Virus record (IMG/VR): IMGVR_UViG_3300027881_000007
Span: 32,001-96,000 of that record
Origin: a virus
DNA: 64,000 nt
Direction: 5' to 3' (one strand)
Position numbers and translations under genes: made by a program. This document shows, piece after piece, positions 60,350 through 64,000 of the stretch. The notes beneath the pieces were generated by a model that saw only the letters and a program-made list of their open reading frames with translations, made no database searches and had not been told where the DNA came from. Within the stretch, counting starts at the first letter, position 1. Each line of letters opens with the position of its first letter.

Positions 60350-61077
60350 TTACACTCTTGCAAATCTTTTACTTACCATGTTTGTTATTTCCCTCAATTG
60401 ATGGTTTAACTTTTCCTCAGATAAATTTTCGACTATCTTTAAGAGAACCACCATTTGGTTTCTCATAGCCCCTTCGTGAACTAATCCAGTTGAGACCAAC
60501 TTTGAAATTTTTTCAACTAGATTTTTTATCCTTTTCTTTCTTCGGTGTTCAATCATTAATTGTTCAAGTTCCTCTTTTCGCCTGTGAACCTTTTGCCTAA
60601 GGACCTTATAATCGTCCTTAAACTCTTCTAGTTGTTTTGTCTTTTCTCGATAAACATCGTCAAGCAAAGGGTGAATCCCTTTAACTATTTTTTCAGCAAG
60701 ATTGAGTTTCGATTTATCAATATTTTTAATATTAATATCGGGAATTGAAGTTTCGACTATTTTCATAGTTCACTTCCTAGAGATTCAAGAAGCGTCTCTC
60801 TGAGACTTAGAGTGTCTTCATCAAGTTCAGAAATCTTTTCGGTTACTTCAGTTTTAATTCTATCGGCCTCACTTAACAGACCCTCTTGTCTAGTAACCTT
60901 CTTTCGCTGATTTTCAAGTTGGTTCTCTACTGATTGGAGTTTTTCTCTGACTTTGAAATTCTGATCATTCATGCAAATTAGGAAAATTCTATCTACCACT
61001 TCCGAGATAAAGCTCTCGGAGGATGGATTTTTGTTTTGTTCTAACTTTTCGCCTAAACTAGTTTTTTTGATCTTCAT
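60350..61077 (-). CDS. Two coiled-coil head-module proteins (60350-60766, 60763-61077)
   Basis: Helical charged ORFs between the prohead protease and the capsid gene. Confidence 0.6.
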
Positions 61078-61129
61078 AAGTTGATTCCTCGGATCCCATC
61101 TAGATAAAGAAATTTACCTAGATAAAATC

Positions 61130-61798
61130 CTATACCCACCTTTCGAAGAATTGGATCATTCTCGTTTCAACTAACTTATCAAAATAACTTGCTAAATAGC
61201 AAGTTCCGTCTGCTGTACAGACAGTTCCACAATCACAATTTTCAATTAGCATAGATTTATTCTCAAATTTCATTTCTTTGAAATCAACAACAGCCGCTGT
61301 GTGGCTAGGTAGTGACACTGAGTCGTAAGTAATAATCATTAAAGGACCTTCAACCTCATTATGCTCTTTCGTCCTTTTCAAAGAGGCCAATCCTCTCATA
61401 CTCATTCCAATACCGGAGCGATCTTTTAACAGACCTAAGAGTATTCCCCCGTTAGGAGTATTAGTTGTTTCCAGCTCTCCTACCAATTGTTTTCCTCTCC
61501 AGTCATAGTCACGAATCAGATGAGAGACCTCTTTCAACATGACTGTCGTCTGTCTAACTTCATCGAACTGATTACCAGTTGGAACTGGATGATCAAGTTC
61601 TCCCAGAAATGCACGACGAGTCATACGAGACTCTACTTCTTTCATACCTTCGGCCAAAACAGCCTGTGGATATAATCTTTTATTTTGATTGACTTGATCA
61701 GCAGTTTGAAGGACCATACGAAAAATTGCTTTACCTGGTTCTTCTTTTACTATTTTTGCTTCCTGAATAATTGCACTCTCGACAAAAAAGTGTGACAT
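61130..61798 (-). CDS. Prohead core protease (T4 gp21-like)
   Basis: NQNKRLYP, LGELDHP, VSHLI, TPNG, GMSMRGLAS, TYDSVSLPS. Confidence 0.92.
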   Translation of the reverse strand: MSHFFVESAIIQEAKIVKEEPGKAIFRMVLQTADQVNQNKRLYPQAVLAEGMKEVESRMTRRAFLGELDHPVPTGNQFDEVRQTTVMLKEVSHLIRDYDWRGKQLVGELETTNTPNGGILLGLLKDRSGIGMSMRGLASLKRTKEHNEVEGPLMIITYDSVSLPSHTAAVVDFKEMKFENKSMLIENCDCGTVCTADGTCYLASYFDKLVETRMIQFFERWV

Positions 61799-61809
61799 AT
61801 TAGCACCTC

Positions 61810-62808
61810 TTATTTTTTCTTAAGCATCTCCTTTGTAACATTAATATCTTTTACAGCCCAAGCATCCCAGCAGAAATCATTAATATAATTGTAAGGGAGA
61901 TAACCATAACCTTTCTCTCCCCAATTTGTTCCCCAAGAATTCTTGAACTTTACTAGCTTTTTATTTGAATCATATCCAACAAAGCAAATAGCGTGACCTC
62001 CATAGAGAACTTTTGGATTTGCTGGATATGGAACATAACCATCATCTCCGACATGGAATATCTCTTCATAGCAACCAATGCCGGCAAGACATGGACCGAC
62101 GTTTTTCAACGACCATTCAATTTGTTCTATGTTCTCTAGTCTGTAATAGTGACCACACATTGTCCAAAGGGAAATCATTTTCGCCCATCTCTTTGGACTC
62201 CCTAACGTCCTGTCGCTATACGGCCATGCCTTCTCTGGCGGAACTCCCATTTTCTGAAGGATTTTGAGTGCAAACCTAAAACTTGTGCCTTCTTGATTTG
62301 GCCAGGAATCAATTTCTTTCGACTTGTGATAAAGCCACTGTTCTGATAAGTCGTAGTGTTTTGCTTTTCGCCTGTACTTCTTCCCCATGAGCATTTCATC
62401 AATATGCTCCTTTTGCTCTTGCCATTCTTTCATTGAAACAACTGCAAAACCAACACAAGAACCTTTACGACCTTGATCTTTCACTGGAGACATTTCACCT
62501 GTATAATCTACAGATAAAGAATAAGTAAGTGGTAGTTCGGTAATGGTAGAAGCCTTATAATCTCTCGTATCAAGAGGATCTGGTTTATAATTAAGTAAAT
62601 ATGGAAACGAACTAGTTCTCCCCCGCTCTCCAACTCTTTGAATTACAATAGGAGTATCAATGACATAATCAGTAATTCCGGCTGCTCTTAATTGGTTAAA
62701 TATCAAATCCCGATTATGGTCATTAAAGTCTATTATACATGGGGTTCTCACTTGACTGTGGTCCAAATTCAGGAGACTCCCCTTCTGGTTTATCCGTAGT
62801 TTCGGCAT
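61810..62808 (-). CDS. Papain-family (C1A) cysteine protease
   Basis: VKDQGRKGSCVGFA, LSEQ, GGHAI, KNSWGTNWGEKGYG. Confidence 0.92.
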   Translation of the reverse strand: MPKLRINQKGSLLNLDHSQVRTPCIIDFNDHNRDLIFNQLRAAGITDYVIDTPIVIQRVGERGRTSSFPYLLNYKPDPLDTRDYKASTITELPLTYSLSVDYTGEMSPVKDQGRKGSCVGFAVVSMKEWQEQKEHIDEMLMGKKYRRKAKHYDLSEQWLYHKSKEIDSWPNQEGTSFRFALKILQKMGVPPEKAWPYSDRTLGSPKRWAKMISLWTMCGHYYRLENIEQIEWSLKNVGPCLAGIGCYEEIFHVGDDGYVPYPANPKVLYGGHAICFVGYDSNKKLVKFKNSWGTNWGEKGYGYLPYNYINDFCWDAWAVKDINVTKEMLKKK

Positions 62809-63667
62809 CCTTTTTTTCCTTTTTCGTGTCCTCTTTCTTTTTAAGTGAATAGTATTTCTTTAAGAGACCATATACTCTTTCGAGAAACTCATAATATAGG
62901 ACGATTATATCGTCTACCTGTTCTTTAAATAAATCTATATTAGCTATCATCACTTCAAAGACTTCAATTGATTGACCCACTATTTGTCTTAATTTCAGAA
63001 GAGTACTATCAGTTGATTCAGCTAAATGTTTATCAATAGAAATCAAACGTGAATATATCTTCTTTAATTCATAGATACGACCAACTTCTCCTGGTGTTTC
63101 GGGTCCTGTATCTTCCTCACCCGGCATACCCGGGAAACCTCCCATACCTTCATCACCACCTGGCATACCTTCTTCTTCCCCAGGCATTTCTGGCATAGCC
63201 TCTTCCTCTCCAGCGGCTGCTGGATCTTCTTCTGGCATAGCCTCTTCCTCTTCTTCTTCCTCTTGTTCTCTTATATCTGCTAAATCTGATTTCTTTACTT
63301 TTTCTTCCTCTTCTTTTTCTTCCTCTTCTTCTTCAAACTGTCCAACAGAAGGAGGCTGCTGAAGAGGGACTGGTTGTTCTGTCGCTAACTTGTCATGTTC
63401 TATTTCTTCATCTTCTTGCTCTTCAACTTTCTTATTTGTCAATCCATATCCTTCAATTGGTATAGAACTACCGATTGAAGTAGCAGGAGGACCCACGGCA
63501 CCAATCGACTGGTGGGTTGTGTAGTCCTCCCAACCAGTAGCATATCTAGGGTCATAATAAGACATCATGTTCTGACTTTGACGTCTAAATCCTTGTGGAC
63601 CCCAGAACAGAGTGCTGTTCATCGTACTTATTAATTCATTAAGTATTTGATTGAATCTCTCAGACAT
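62723..63667 (-). CDS. Acidic prohead core/scaffold-like protein
   Basis: Glu-rich tracts; position between portal and proteases. Confidence 0.6.
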   Translation of the reverse strand: MSERFNQILNELISTMNSTLFWGPQGFRRQSQNMMSYYDPRYATGWEDYTTHQSIGAVGPPATSIGSSIPIEGYGLTNKKVEEQEDEEIEHDKLATEQPVPLQQPPSVGQFEEEEEEKEEEEKVKKSDLADIREQEEEEEEEAMPEEDPAAAGEEEAMPEMPGEEEGMPGGDEGMGGFPGMPGEEDTGPETPGEVGRIYELKKIYSRLISIDKHLAESTDSTLLKLRQIVGQSIEVFEVMIANIDLFKEQVDDIIVLYYEFLERVYGLLKKYYSLKKKEDTKKEKKDAETTDKPEGESPEFGPQSSENPMYNRL

Positions 63668-63679
63668 AACATTATCTCC

Positions 63680-64000
63680 TTAGAACGTACCGCCTCCACC
63701 AAATCCTGTTTCCTCTTCTTCTTTCTCAGTACCTAAACCTTTCTCAATATCTTCTTCGGTTGATACTTAGCAACATCAGACCAATCAATCTGACTGAGGT
63801 ATTTCCTCTTGGCATACTCTTTTGGTATACCTATTCTTTCCAATGTATCAATCATGTTCGCTAGATCACTTAAATATCTTGCTTCTCTTTCAAACTGGAG
63901 GGATTTAGGTGGTGCAAAAGCAATTAGGACTGCATCTAGTATCTCTATTGCAATATCTGGTTTAACTATTTCTATGACCTTATAAAGCAGACTATTTACT
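63680..64000 (-). CDS. Probable portal protein C-terminus (partial; possible frameshift near 63760)
   Basis: ...IAFAPPKSLQFERE...GIPKEYAKRKYLSQIDWSDV; head-module position. Confidence 0.5.

Noticed and set aside
1-64000. Genome-wide stop-codon reassignment
   Set aside because: TAA, TAG and TGA all end well-formed genes with tight coupling, and long genes are intact in code 11

Overview
This is a 64-kb segment of a large T4-like (probably jumbo) tailed dsDNA phage genome. The host is likely an anaerobic bacterium, possibly Desulfobacterota: the phage carries a Desulfo-type single-cluster ferredoxin, a radical SAM/SPASM enzyme, a tRNA-Gly with bacterial U73 and AGGAGG ribosome-binding sites. 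Most genes are on the minus strand. At the right end is the head module (portal C-terminus, acidic scaffold-like protein, papain protease, gp21-like prohead protease, gp23-like major capsid). A tail-fibre/virion block runs over about 31-45 kb, and a sulfotransferase/cysC cluster interleaved with lysis-like genes over 23-27 kb. From 4.5 to 22 kb lie many small accessory genes, including 13 Cx2Cx5Cx3C paralogs, and a baseplate-like gene runs off the left end. A plus-strand island (45.1-58.8 kb) holds secreted beta-rich proteins, structured RNAs and the main finding: a roughly 57-repeat, 36-nt-period dual-spacer array (AGTGAACC-N10-AGAAACCC-like-N10), split by an embedded 91-aa gene and followed by a nuclease-less IS110/Nop-domain protein. 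This is a TIGR-Tas (TasA-type) RNA-guided system. Second, two genes have an in-frame UGA at a cysteine position, each followed by a similar SECIS-like hairpin, making them candidate phage selenoproteins. A tRNA-Sec-shaped RNA with an abnormal anticodon arm lies just upstream of the array. All calls come from reading the sequence by eye; no database searches or folding programs were run.
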